Below, piece by piece: positions 31,236 to 40,120 of a DNA stretch of 53,318 bases. Both the position numbers and the translations under genes were made by a program. The stretch is taken from positions 1 to 53,318 of IMG/VR virus record IMGVR_UViG_3300006803_000024. The stretch is one strand, 5' to 3'. The notes under the pieces are model-generated. The model was not told the origin of the DNA. It worked only from the letters and a program-made list of their open reading frames with translations, and ran no database searches. The first letter of the stretch is position 1; the number at the start of each line of letters is the position of its first letter. Source of the DNA: a virus (Duplodnaviria > Caudoviricetes).

Positions 31236-32104
31236 TGATCAAAGATAGACGACTTCTTCACCTTGGAGGCTGGAGCGTCTTCAACTTCTTCGGGGGAATC
31301 ACTCTCGGAGGATTCTGGTTCCTCGTCCCCGAAAAGGTTTTTTGACGAGGACTTCCCGGTTTCGGTCTTGGTATCGGCTTTGTCAACCGGTGCTTCTTCT
31401 TCTGCTGGTTCAGCATCTCCTGCGCCATCGCCAGCATCGCTGTCTTTACCAGATACGTCCACATCTTCTGCTGGCTCCTTAGGTTTGTTCTTGGAACCGG
31501 GTTGGCGACCACCACGACGTGTCTTCGGTTTCGCCTTGGCTTCGCCCATTAGAACTTCAGCCGAGATGTTGCCATCGTCATCGGAAGTCAGATCGACACC
31601 AGTGACACCGGTCAGCCCAAGTGTTGCCACGAAGGTTTCGAGTGCTTTCTGGATTTCGTCTTCATCGAGAAGGATACGCATGGCGTTCCCCTTTCTTGGT
31701 TCAATTTCAGTTATCGTCACGAGGACGTGTTCTTCGGTGGTGTGTCCACCAAAACCAAAAGAGACATCGTCGAGGAACTTCCAATTATCGTCTTCGATGA
31801 TCCCAGCTTCTTGCAGGGTATCGGAGAAGAATTTGTCCACAATGGAACAGACGTTCGCTATGTCGTACTCTCTCTTGGTCTTGGTAAACACTTGATACCT
31901 AAGACGGATTCTCCCCAGTGGGGGAATCTTGGCATCACGCAACAGTCTTTTACCGTGGTCATGGAACCTGTGTTTCAAGGCTGTCAGACTCCGGTAATGG
32001 AGATTGCGATAGACGTTGAGGTTGAGAGCAGTCACCTTCTTGCTTGAGGTACGAAACCTCATTGGCAATTTCAGTTGGTACTCTCGTTGGGTCGGTAGAG
32101 TCAT
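31232..32104 (-). CDS. RusA-like Holliday junction resolvase fused in frame to an acidic N4 gp46-like region
   Basis: D..N....VDKFFSD.L..AGIIEDDN RusA catalytic pattern; GGAG RBS; an internal AAGGGG-N6-ATG at 31681. Confidence 0.75.
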   Translation of the reverse strand: MTLPTQREYQLKLPMRFRTSSKKVTALNLNVYRNLHYRSLTALKHRFHDHGKRLLRDAKIPPLGRIRLRYQVFTKTKREYDIANVCSIVDKFFSDTLQEAGIIEDDNWKFLDDVSFGFGGHTTEEHVLVTITEIEPRKGNAMRILLDEDEIQKALETFVATLGLTGVTGVDLTSDDDGNISAEVLMGEAKAKPKTRRGGRQPGSKNKPKEPAEDVDVSGKDSDAGDGAGDAEPAEEEAPVDKADTKTETGKSSSKNLFGDEEPESSESDSPEEVEDAPASKVKKSSIFDQ

Positions 32105-32129
32105 CGCAATCTCCTACGTTTGACGGTGA

Positions 32130-32948
32130 TTAGTCGTCAAACAGCGAGGTCTTGGCTTTCGCCTTTTCCCCACCACCGGATCCGCCTTTGAAGGACTTGC
32201 CTTCAGCGGAACCTTTGCCAGTGGACTTGTCGTAGGTCTGGCCTTTGTTGCGTTCCAGCCACTTCTCAGCGTAGTTCGACTGAGACTCGTCCATCTTGTC
32301 GATGGCCTTCTGGAGATCACCAGCGTCCAGAACATCATCAAAGTTCCCACCAAGTCCACGGATGAACTCTGCAACGTCGCTGATCGTGACCAGCTTGTCT
32401 GCGGGGAAGAACTTGATGATCTCGTTCTGATCACGAGTTTCACCAGTCGGCTCGTACTTGCCGGTGTTCTGATCCAGAGCGGTCTTGTCCACCGTCTGAC
32501 GCTGGAGAGCGATCTGAATCTTCTCACCGTGCAGCTCCGAGAAGCAGTCAACTGCCTGTGGCAGTTCTTTCTTCGCGTCGAAGTCGTACAGCTTCACTGT
32601 CAATTCTTCGACATCCATCGCGCCCATCTCTTTCGAGCAGACGAGCATACAGAGCGAATTGATCTGGTTGAAGCCAGGAAGGTTCTTGTCTTCACCGGTC
32701 TTCTTGTCCTTGTACGTCACGTCGCCGTTCCGGTTGGACACCCAGATTTGCTGGCGGACTTCACGTCCGTTGACATCCAGCAAAAGGTTGACACTGCGTG
32801 CTTCGGAAGCCGAGGCTTTGCCGATGTACGCAGTTTTGATGGTGGCGGTATAGATGTCAGTATCCAACGCGCCTCCGCCACCGAGGAAGTCGTCTTCGAC
32901 TTTATCAGGTGCGGCTTTTTTTCCTGCGAAAATGTTGCTCATTAGCAT
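32130..32948 (-). CDS. ssb: Single-stranded DNA-binding protein (N4 gp45-like)
   Basis: NLPGF, YEPTGETRDQNEIIKFF motifs; C-terminal SLFDD; synteny. Confidence 0.85.
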   Translation of the reverse strand: MLMSNIFAGKKAAPDKVEDDFLGGGGALDTDIYTATIKTAYIGKASASEARSVNLLLDVNGREVRQQIWVSNRNGDVTYKDKKTGEDKNLPGFNQINSLCMLVCSKEMGAMDVEELTVKLYDFDAKKELPQAVDCFSELHGEKIQIALQRQTVDKTALDQNTGKYEPTGETRDQNEIIKFFPADKLVTISDVAEFIRGLGGNFDDVLDAGDLQKAIDKMDESQSNYAEKWLERNKGQTYDKSTGKGSAEGKSFKGGSGGGEKAKAKTSLFDD

Positions 32949-32993
32949 GTCTCTTTCATTTCAGGGTTTCAATTCTGGTTTGTTTTTCGGCGT

Positions 32994-33728
32994 TCATTCC
33001 GCGTAGTATTCAACCAGTCGGTCGATCACGAGCTGTGCGTCGTTCTCGATGAATGTCTCGTCATCAGAGAACAAACCGAAGGGAGAGCGTAGCCTGTCTC
33101 CCACTGTGGCTCGTGTAGTCCGGGTCTGGAACACATGCTTATAGCCCATGTCCTGGTCCCGTTCGGAGATCGTCAGCAGTTTGCCTGGTTGAGCATCCTT
33201 GTTGATCTCCTTGATCGTAGCCTTCTTGGCTCCAATCACAGTCGTGAAGTAAGCCTCAAGACCGTTCTTCTTCAACGCACCTTTGACAGGCACGGTGTAA
33301 GAAAATTTGCCAGTGTTCTCATCGAGTTGAGCGTCGATGTGACCCAGCATGATTGTGTAGCCAGGAAACTTGGCCACATATTCATACATGAGAGTCTTGA
33401 AGAACTGACCGTATGCACCCCACTGCTGCATGGTATTGGCTGAACCAATGACATGAACAGACTCGAAGCGATCCATCATGAAGCTGATGGTATCGACAAC
33501 GATGGTATGGAACCGTCCAGGGTTGTCGATGACTTGCTGGTAGAGATCAAAGATCTCTTCAGGGTCGTCAATCGTCACCCGCTTGAACTTGTTCTTGAAG
33601 GGTAGCGGTTTGCCACCCTCACAGTTGATGTAGAGAACACCCTCACCACCACGGAGGTTCCGGAGACAGGATGATTTACCTGCCCCAGACTCTCCTGCGA
33701 TGAGGATCGACTTTGGATTTTCGGACAT
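32994..33728 (-). CDS. AAA ATPase (N4 gp44-like, Sak4-type)
   Basis: Walker A GESGAGKS, Walker B IVVDT, GLEAYFTTV, RSPFGLF. Confidence 0.88.
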   Translation of the reverse strand: MSENPKSILIAGESGAGKSSCLRNLRGGEGVLYINCEGGKPLPFKNKFKRVTIDDPEEIFDLYQQVIDNPGRFHTIVVDTISFMMDRFESVHVIGSANTMQQWGAYGQFFKTLMYEYVAKFPGYTIMLGHIDAQLDENTGKFSYTVPVKGALKKNGLEAYFTTVIGAKKATIKEINKDAQPGKLLTISERDQDMGYKHVFQTRTTRATVGDRLRSPFGLFSDDETFIENDAQLVIDRLVEYYAE

Positions 33729-33743
33729 TGCTGTCTCCTTGGT

Positions 33744-35939
33744 TTAGGTCATCTTTGCAGCGACCGATTTCAGAATAGTCAACTCGACCTCGTCCTTTTT
33801 CAGGGGACTTGGCGACTGCTCATTGAGCGTGTTGACCTTGCCTTTGATCACATCGTAGCTGGCCCCTGCATCCTTCAGCATCATTGCAAAATTGAGCAGG
33901 TTGTTGTTTCTATTCCCAACTTCCATGTTGTTCAAGAACCAACGTTCGAGGTGATCCAAACGTCCCAGATCAGCTACCTGTGCGGTGTACTCACTGTTCT
34001 GTTTGGTTTTCGGAATGAACGGCAACACGTTGACGAGGTTCGGGCCTTTGTGAACAAAGACTTGCGAATTCTCATGTGTCATCCATTTCTTGGACCGCTG
34101 GTTTGCGGACCCATCTGACTTGAATGGCAGCCAAAGAAGGAAGCTATCCACGAAGTCCCGATAGTCTGCTTTGTCCAGCTTCAGATTATAGTTTGCTGGC
34201 ATGATCAGACGGAACCGGTGCTCTTCGTCAGTGTGACGTTTGGTTGTTGCGGTCGTGAACGTGTAGTCCTTCATCAGCTCATGGAGAGCCTCAAGACGGA
34301 TGCCGTAGCTCAGGATCTTTCCATCCTTATCACGCTCATGACCATCAATATCCACCACAAGACAATTGAAACCTTCGATGACATTGTCTTCCGACCGGTG
34401 CTCTTTGTCGAAGTGGTGGTTACACCAATGCATCCCCGGTGCAGCCAACAGCTTTGGAAGGCTGTCGAATGGTTTCTGCATTGGAGAATAGTCGGAAGCG
34501 AAGTGATCAGAGAAGCTGAAGCTGATCTTGTTCAGATCGGTCTCCTCTAGGGTTGAACCAGTGAAGAAATCAACTCCGCTGATCACGTTCTTCTTGATGA
34601 CAACGTGGTTGCCCACGCCCCATGCCATTGCGAGATCCATAATCTCCCGACGAGGTGTCGTGGAGGATGGATAATATGGCAGATCTTCAACCAGATCAGC
34701 ATGGGTCAAGGTCACGCCTGACTCAGCGATATACTTCGCCAGACGAACGAAATTCCGTTCCCTCTTGAGAAGGGTCTGGAACGATGCTCCACTTTCTTCA
34801 GCAACCTTGAATGCCTGCCGGAGGTTCTTCTTGGTGATGTCCGAGGACTCGTCCAAGAAGGCATAGATTCCAGCGAGCTTGAGGGCTTTGAAGTACCGGT
34901 GAGACAGTTCAGCCTTCCGGACAACCTCGTGCTCAGGCAGAGAGTTGGCTACCGTTTCACAGTAGAGACGATAGGAGATCAGTTCGACACCAACCTCCTT
35001 TGGCACGTCGATCTTCAGATTGAAGAAACGAGTGTCAGCGAACTTGGCCAGTTTTTGCTTCCAGTTTAGGAGAGCCTGTGACCGGTTCTTGGACACCAAC
35101 CCGTTGTAAACATCTTCAGGGTTGATGGTGGGAGAGAAAGTTTCAGGCTTCCCCATCCCGAAGAAACACCTCCGAGCGTACCCAGTCTCAAGGAAGGAAT
35201 AGAACTCCTCCTCAGTCTTGGATCCGTCGAAGAGTTTCGACGTGGTTCCGAACATGAGCATGTTGGCAGGGGTTGCCCCGACCAAATCAATACCCCGCTC
35301 GTTGTCCGTGGTGTTCTTCACCAGTTTGGTTTTGATCCGGCCTAAGTCGTATAGCTCAAGGAGGATGTTGATCACCTCCGTGTTGCCTATGATATTGGAA
35401 CCGATCTCATCCATTTGGAAATTGATTGAACCAGCACGAGCAAGGAGCAGCTTGTAACGTAGCTGCTTCACCGCTGGGCCAGTACCGGAGTCAAAGATGA
35501 AAGGAGCATGCCCCTGACGCTTAAAATCAGCCTCCAGGAGCTTCTTCTCATCATCTTCGCTTCCGGACTTTGCAGCAGCAATGTCTACAGCCAGATCATA
35601 GATCGAGGCTTCGGCAATTGCAGGAAAGACATGACCCGTGAAGATCTGCCGAAAGTCAGAAATGACATCTTCCATCAAGGACACAGAGTGACCTTTACCA
35701 AAGCCTGACGTTGCCAGAGCAATGGAATAGATATTGATTGGGATGTTCCCACGTTCCGGGCTGACAATCGTCGCTCGCATGGAGCTTGGAATCAGACTCA
35801 GAAAGTAGGCAACTTCAGCCTGGAAGAAGTCACGGTTGACGTTTCCTGTGCGGTGGCACAACAGATCAACCAGCTCCGACATGGCCGGGTGATGAGATTC
35901 TTTCTCAATCACACTGAGGTCATAGAGTGGTTTTGACAC
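33744..35939 (-). CDS. DNA primase (N4 gp43-like)
   Basis: SGFGKG P-loop, DEIG, VVDID, TTKRH...RFRL, and C-terminal PriCT-like GNRNN. Confidence 0.88.
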   Translation of the reverse strand: MSKPLYDLSVIEKESHHPAMSELVDLLCHRTGNVNRDFFQAEVAYFLSLIPSSMRATIVSPERGNIPINIYSIALATSGFGKGHSVSLMEDVISDFRQIFTGHVFPAIAEASIYDLAVDIAAAKSGSEDDEKKLLEADFKRQGHAPFIFDSGTGPAVKQLRYKLLLARAGSINFQMDEIGSNIIGNTEVINILLELYDLGRIKTKLVKNTTDNERGIDLVGATPANMLMFGTTSKLFDGSKTEEEFYSFLETGYARRCFFGMGKPETFSPTINPEDVYNGLVSKNRSQALLNWKQKLAKFADTRFFNLKIDVPKEVGVELISYRLYCETVANSLPEHEVVRKAELSHRYFKALKLAGIYAFLDESSDITKKNLRQAFKVAEESGASFQTLLKRERNFVRLAKYIAESGVTLTHADLVEDLPYYPSSTTPRREIMDLAMAWGVGNHVVIKKNVISGVDFFTGSTLEETDLNKISFSFSDHFASDYSPMQKPFDSLPKLLAAPGMHWCNHHFDKEHRSEDNVIEGFNCLVVDIDGHERDKDGKILSYGIRLEALHELMKDYTFTTATTKRHTDEEHRFRLIMPANYNLKLDKADYRDFVDSFLLWLPFKSDGSANQRSKKWMTHENSQVFVHKGPNLVNVLPFIPKTKQNSEYTAQVADLGRLDHLERWFLNNMEVGNRNNNLLNFAMMLKDAGASYDVIKGKVNTLNEQSPSPLKKDEVELTILKSVAAKMT

Positions 35940-35950
35940 GGGGTGTCTCC

Positions 35951-36949
35951 TTATGTTCGACTTCCATCGTCGTGGAAGTAGTTTTTGCGTTGTTCACAAA
36001 CCGAAAAAGCAGGACAGTATGGACATGCCTTGACTTCACCAGGGACGGTGACGACTGCGCCTTTGCCTTTGTCCTTGAGCCAAAGCTGTGCATCAGCTTC
36101 ATTGTCAAAGTTCTTCTGGCATTTACCACCGGCCTTGGCCGTTGATTCGTTGGCGTAGTATTTGTACTGAGGCTCGGACTGCCACAGTTCTTTGTCAGTG
36201 CATTGCACCATCTTCTCTTGGCTCAGACCAGCATTCTGAATGATGTGGTCGATCTTGCCATTGACCCAATCCTCTGTCTCTTTCAGGGACAGCAGAGCGA
36301 ACTCCTTGTGGGGTGTCCGGATCTGAGGGTATTTGGGATCAGCGGTGCGATACTTGACCCAGTCTGTGAAGATGAATTGAATCCGCATCACATCATCTCG
36401 GATCAGGTCCGGCATGATCCAGCGATACATGGAACCCTGGAGAATGTAGTCTTCGTCTTTGTTCCCAGAAGTCCAAGCAAATGTGCTGGTGGATTTGAAA
36501 TCCCGATAGGCTTGGCCGATCAGAAAGTCGAGCTGACCGGTGATGACCAGATCCCGGAATTGCTTGTAGCCACGGATCTCCAGATAGATAGGGATCTCGT
36601 CGTCTTTCAGCTTCTTGGGATCCGGATTGATCCGGATTTTGTCGATGACCTTCTGAGGGTAGTGCAGCTTACGCATGGCCAACTGCCAGTTACCTTCGGT
36701 CCAGGCACGCTCGATCGAGTCATGGAGACCATGACCCATACGGGAAGCGATGATGTCTGAGAGATCCATCTCTTCCATGGTTTGATCAACCTTACGCTTG
36801 AGAATGAGCTGACGAGTCGGCTTCATCAAGGTGGTCACAGAGATCAATTCCCCTGGAGGAGCTTCAGCAGCTCCAGATTTGTAACCGTCTTGCAGCAGCC
36901 AAACGGCCAAGGGCAAGTCGATCTTGTGATTATTGGTTATTTTAACCAT
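35951..36949 (-). CDS. PD-(D/E)XK exonuclease (N4 gp42-like)
   Basis: SRMG..LH, ITGQLD, RDFKST, Y.LQGS.Y, C-terminal CPYC....VC; GGAG RBS before ATG 36949. Confidence 0.8.
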   Translation of the reverse strand: MVKITNNHKIDLPLAVWLLQDGYKSGAAEAPPGELISVTTLMKPTRQLILKRKVDQTMEEMDLSDIIASRMGHGLHDSIERAWTEGNWQLAMRKLHYPQKVIDKIRINPDPKKLKDDEIPIYLEIRGYKQFRDLVITGQLDFLIGQAYRDFKSTSTFAWTSGNKDEDYILQGSMYRWIMPDLIRDDVMRIQFIFTDWVKYRTADPKYPQIRTPHKEFALLSLKETEDWVNGKIDHIIQNAGLSQEKMVQCTDKELWQSEPQYKYYANESTAKAGGKCQKNFDNEADAQLWLKDKGKGAVVTVPGEVKACPYCPAFSVCEQRKNYFHDDGSRT

Positions 36950-37688
36950 TGAGTTTCTCCAGGTGTTTGCCGATTGCTTTTTGGACATCGGCTATGGTTG
37001 CATTTGCAGGGATGGTCATCTCTTCCTTCCAGTTGGGATAGAAGATCGACAGCTCCCCAGACATCTTGATGTGCTCATTTTGGATGGCAGGATCTTCTTG
37101 CCAACTCACGGCTTTCACCATGTGTTTGTTTGTGTAAAGCAAGACTTCCATGTCATCTCTGATGAGCATGTATCCAGCGTCATGGATCTGAGCACACGGT
37201 TTGATGTCCAAACGATGTGGTCCTTTTCGGACAGTAGAAAGGAACTCAGAACCGGCACGAGAATTCAACATGCAGTATGATTGTCCAAGGGCATTACCTG
37301 CTGTACGGCCCTCAGCGGCTGCCTCATACGGTGTCTTGCTGGTTCCCAGCACAACCTGCTTCAGCAGGGGAGTCCGCAATCTGAGACCAAAAGCAAGGGT
37401 GACGTAGCCATCCTTACAGGCTTGTTCCAATTTATCTGCAACCCACTTGTCAGAGACGTGGTACAGATTGTGATAGCTGGCTTCGATTGACTTAGCCAAC
37501 TGCGAGGTGAAGCCACAGTTTGCCATCAGAGTCACATACGTCCCCTGATAGGTGAGAGCAAAGGTGGGAGCCTTCGACTCTTGTCTCCAGTGGGGGTAGA
37601 GCTTCTTGATGGAGTTGACACGAGCGACGTTGTGTTCGCTCGCGTCTACTGTGGAGACAGACTCGACTACTCCATTCAGTTTAAGCAT
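36942..37688 (-). CDS. Family A DNA polymerase, C-terminal fragment (motifs B and C)
   Basis: RQESKAPTFALTYQG (motif B), EGRTAGNALGQS, QIHDA (motif C). Confidence 0.9.
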   Translation of the reverse strand: MLKLNGVVESVSTVDASEHNVARVNSIKKLYPHWRQESKAPTFALTYQGTYVTLMANCGFTSQLAKSIEASYHNLYHVSDKWVADKLEQACKDGYVTLAFGLRLRTPLLKQVVLGTSKTPYEAAAEGRTAGNALGQSYCMLNSRAGSEFLSTVRKGPHRLDIKPCAQIHDAGYMLIRDDMEVLLYTNKHMVKAVSWQEDPAIQNEHIKMSGELSIFYPNWKEEMTIPANATIADVQKAIGKHLEKLNG

Positions 37689-37884
37689 CGCCTACTACAG
37701 CAGCTTTAACAGCCCACATGCTGAAGTCTTCCAGTTTGGTCAGTGCTACAGAACGACGACGACCGTTGGGAATATTGTCGATGATATATTGCTCCATATC
37801 AACGACAGCATTTTTAATACCATCAACAGTTTGGTTGTTGCTTGGATTAAATTTGGGATCGGTTACACTCATTGGTTCACTCAT
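37681..37884 (-). CDS. Small helical-hairpin protein resembling the Acb2/Tad1 nucleotide-sponge family
   Basis: 67 aa; GRRRSVALTKLEDFSMWAVKA; translationally coupled to both polymerase fragments. Confidence 0.55.
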   Translation of the reverse strand: MSEPMSVTDPKFNPSNNQTVDGIKNAVVDMEQYIIDNIPNGRRRSVALTKLEDFSMWAVKAAVVGDA

Positions 37885-39956
37885 TTGTTGAGTTGGGCAA
37901 ACAGCTCATGTCCGAGCAGTTTTTGACCCTGATATTCTATCTCCTCATTGCTGTGGAAATAGATCTGTTTCCCATCGACGATTGCCTTGTAGGCAGTAGC
38001 TCCATCAGGGAGCATCTCAATGTCTGGCATGTGCTCTTTGAAGTAAGCCAATGCACGAAGACAGTGTCCGTCGAACCCATCAGAATACACCTTGATCTTC
38101 TCTGGATCCTTGGTGGTCACTGCTGAAATTTTGTCCTCCAACGAATCGAAGTCCAAACCCACAAACAGCCATCCGGGAGGTGCCTCAAAACACTCTTTGA
38201 TGAGCTTGGCAAGTCTTTGTTTGACCTTTGTGGAACCAGCAGAAGGGATGTTCTGTAGGTTGGGGTTGTTACTGGAAAGCCTACCAGATGCAGTGCCACC
38301 CAGCCGGAAGTTTCCGAACAGGTAATGCCATCCATCGTTACCCTTAACGGCTTTAAGGAATGCCGGAAGAAACGTAGAGAGGATGATTGCACTGGCTTTG
38401 AACTCGATCAGGATCTCCAGAAACCGAATCACTTCGGGATCTTTGGTGTGGTTGATCAGCTTCTCAAGCGTCTCAGCTCCCGTTGCAGGTTGCTTGGTGT
38501 CCGTGTAGTCGAGGACTGGGAGACCCAGGAAATCCTCGGAATACAGGAAGCGTTGGAGCTGTTTAGAGCTGCCAGGATTGAACTTGACAACGGTGTCTTT
38601 TGTAGAACCAAGATCTGCCTTGGTGATCTGCTTGGTTTTGAGTTTGGCATTCTTCTCTATCACCTTTTCGTCTTTGAGTGTGTCTATATAGGACCAGACG
38701 ATTTGCAGATTGTTCATCCGTGCTAAGTTTCCATCCGACTCTTTGTTGAGCTGCTTGTCCAAGGCTTTAACCTTGGCCATGTTCAGGGGCATCCCTGTGA
38801 GCTGCATCTGAATGATGTCGATCACTGCTGGACGGAAAAGCGTCTGGTATGGTTCATCCTGAAGATCGGCAAGCATGATCGGCAAGTTTTTCTTGTAGAC
38901 GTACCATGTGGAAAGTCCGTCGATCAGGTTGTACCGGAGCAAATCCGGAAGAGCGATCAGCCTGATGTCATGGATGTCTTCCTGAGCATAGTTCCCAGCA
39001 AACTCCTGAGCCTGTGTCTTGAGACCCAGCTCATTTCCTGCACAGGAATTGGTGGCCAGATAAGTGATGATCTGTGTGCAGTCCCAATCTTTCAGCATCA
39101 CTTCCAGACCTTCAAGGAGACCCTTTTGATCTAGGATGTGATCCATAAACAGTTGATAAACAAGGACATACACGTCGTAACAGATGTTGTGGTAGATCAT
39201 CTTCCGCTTGAAATTGTAGAAGAAATCTCTGAGCAGTTGACGAATAACAGGGTTCTCAACACGACCAGATTTCTGACCCTCCTTCCCGATGGACGTAGAG
39301 TCCACTGCGAAAGCAATGCCCTCGTGTTCATTCCAACAGAAGGTGATCGTGCCAATCCCAGCATCGTAATGCTTCAGGTCAAAGCCTTCGATGTCACATG
39401 TGAGATCACAATCCATCTCCAGTAGTTTGTTCAACCACTTGGCAATACCAGTTGGCCCCACAGGGTAATCAGCGAACTTGATGATGTTCGATCCCACCAC
39501 AGTGGAGTTACCTCTGGCCCATCGTTTGGTGGACTCCAGAGCCATCCCGATCTTTGCCTTCATCTTGTCAGGGTCATAGAAGACCCGGCCATAGTTGGGG
39601 CAGTAGGTGATCGTGAAGTCTGTATCATACTCTGATATGAAGAAGTCCCCAATGGTGGCATCGGTCTTGGCCTTCTTGGACAGGATCTTGAAGTAGTCCG
39701 GCTGTGTAACGACAAGCATCTCAATGCCTGCTGCCTTGAGGTTGGGCAACAGGTCATCGAGATACTCTTTCATGTCGGCAGCCGAGTTCTTCTTCTTGGT
39801 TCCATCCATGAAGAGGTCAGCGATCATGACACTCTCACCCAGAGCCAGAAGGTGAGGCTGGTAGTAATGCTTCTGCACCTCCGCTGTCTGGATACGTGGA
39901 ACCAGGATACAGATCCTGGGATCCTTTGCAGAGTTGCCGATGATCTCATATTTCAT
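37881..39956 (-). CDS. Family A DNA polymerase, N-terminal fragment (3'-5' exonuclease, thumb, motif A)
   Basis: ExoI CDIEG, ExoII HNICYD, ExoIII YNLID, SGRLSSNNPNLQNIP, motif A GLDFDSLE; AGGA RBS before ATG 39956. Confidence 0.92.
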   Translation of the reverse strand: MKYEIIGNSAKDPRICILVPRIQTAEVQKHYYQPHLLALGESVMIADLFMDGTKKKNSAADMKEYLDDLLPNLKAAGIEMLVVTQPDYFKILSKKAKTDATIGDFFISEYDTDFTITYCPNYGRVFYDPDKMKAKIGMALESTKRWARGNSTVVGSNIIKFADYPVGPTGIAKWLNKLLEMDCDLTCDIEGFDLKHYDAGIGTITFCWNEHEGIAFAVDSTSIGKEGQKSGRVENPVIRQLLRDFFYNFKRKMIYHNICYDVYVLVYQLFMDHILDQKGLLEGLEVMLKDWDCTQIITYLATNSCAGNELGLKTQAQEFAGNYAQEDIHDIRLIALPDLLRYNLIDGLSTWYVYKKNLPIMLADLQDEPYQTLFRPAVIDIIQMQLTGMPLNMAKVKALDKQLNKESDGNLARMNNLQIVWSYIDTLKDEKVIEKNAKLKTKQITKADLGSTKDTVVKFNPGSSKQLQRFLYSEDFLGLPVLDYTDTKQPATGAETLEKLINHTKDPEVIRFLEILIEFKASAIILSTFLPAFLKAVKGNDGWHYLFGNFRLGGTASGRLSSNNPNLQNIPSAGSTKVKQRLAKLIKECFEAPPGWLFVGLDFDSLEDKISAVTTKDPEKIKVYSDGFDGHCLRALAYFKEHMPDIEMLPDGATAYKAIVDGKQIYFHSNEEIEYQGQKLLGHELFAQLNK

Positions 39957-40037
39957 TTTCAACTTCCTACTTATTTTGTGACCATCTCTTACCAAAGAGA
40001 TATAACTACAGTTCAGCTTCACATGGTTTTAGCACAT

Positions 40038-40108
40038 GAGTCGTAGGCGGGAATCGAACCCGCGTTCTACCAAGTCTCGGTCAACGAAAGGGAATCGAAC
40101 CCCTACTC
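40038..40108 (-). ncRNA. tRNA-like element with two tandem T-psi-C arms (not a complete tRNA)
   Basis: On the - strand, AGGGG-TTCGATT-CCCTT and GCGGG-TTCGATT-CCCGC lie in the helicase-polymerase intergenic space. Confidence 0.5.
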
Positions 40109-40120
40109 CGGTTTAGGCAT

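Noticed and set aside
35951-36949. Cas4 as evidence of a CRISPR system
   Set aside because: A PD-(D/E)XK nuclease with C-terminal cysteines is a core N4-like replication gene at this position; there is no CRISPR context.
37600-38020. Active split intein or group I intron in the DNA polymerase
   Set aside because: No N-terminal Cys/Ser nucleophile, HN is followed by Val, and the gap is fully occupied by a coupled ORF with no room for an intron core.
40030-40120. Bona fide tRNA or tmRNA gene
   Set aside because: T-arms are present, but no cloverleaf, anticodon arm or acceptor stem with CCA; kept only as a tRNA-like element.
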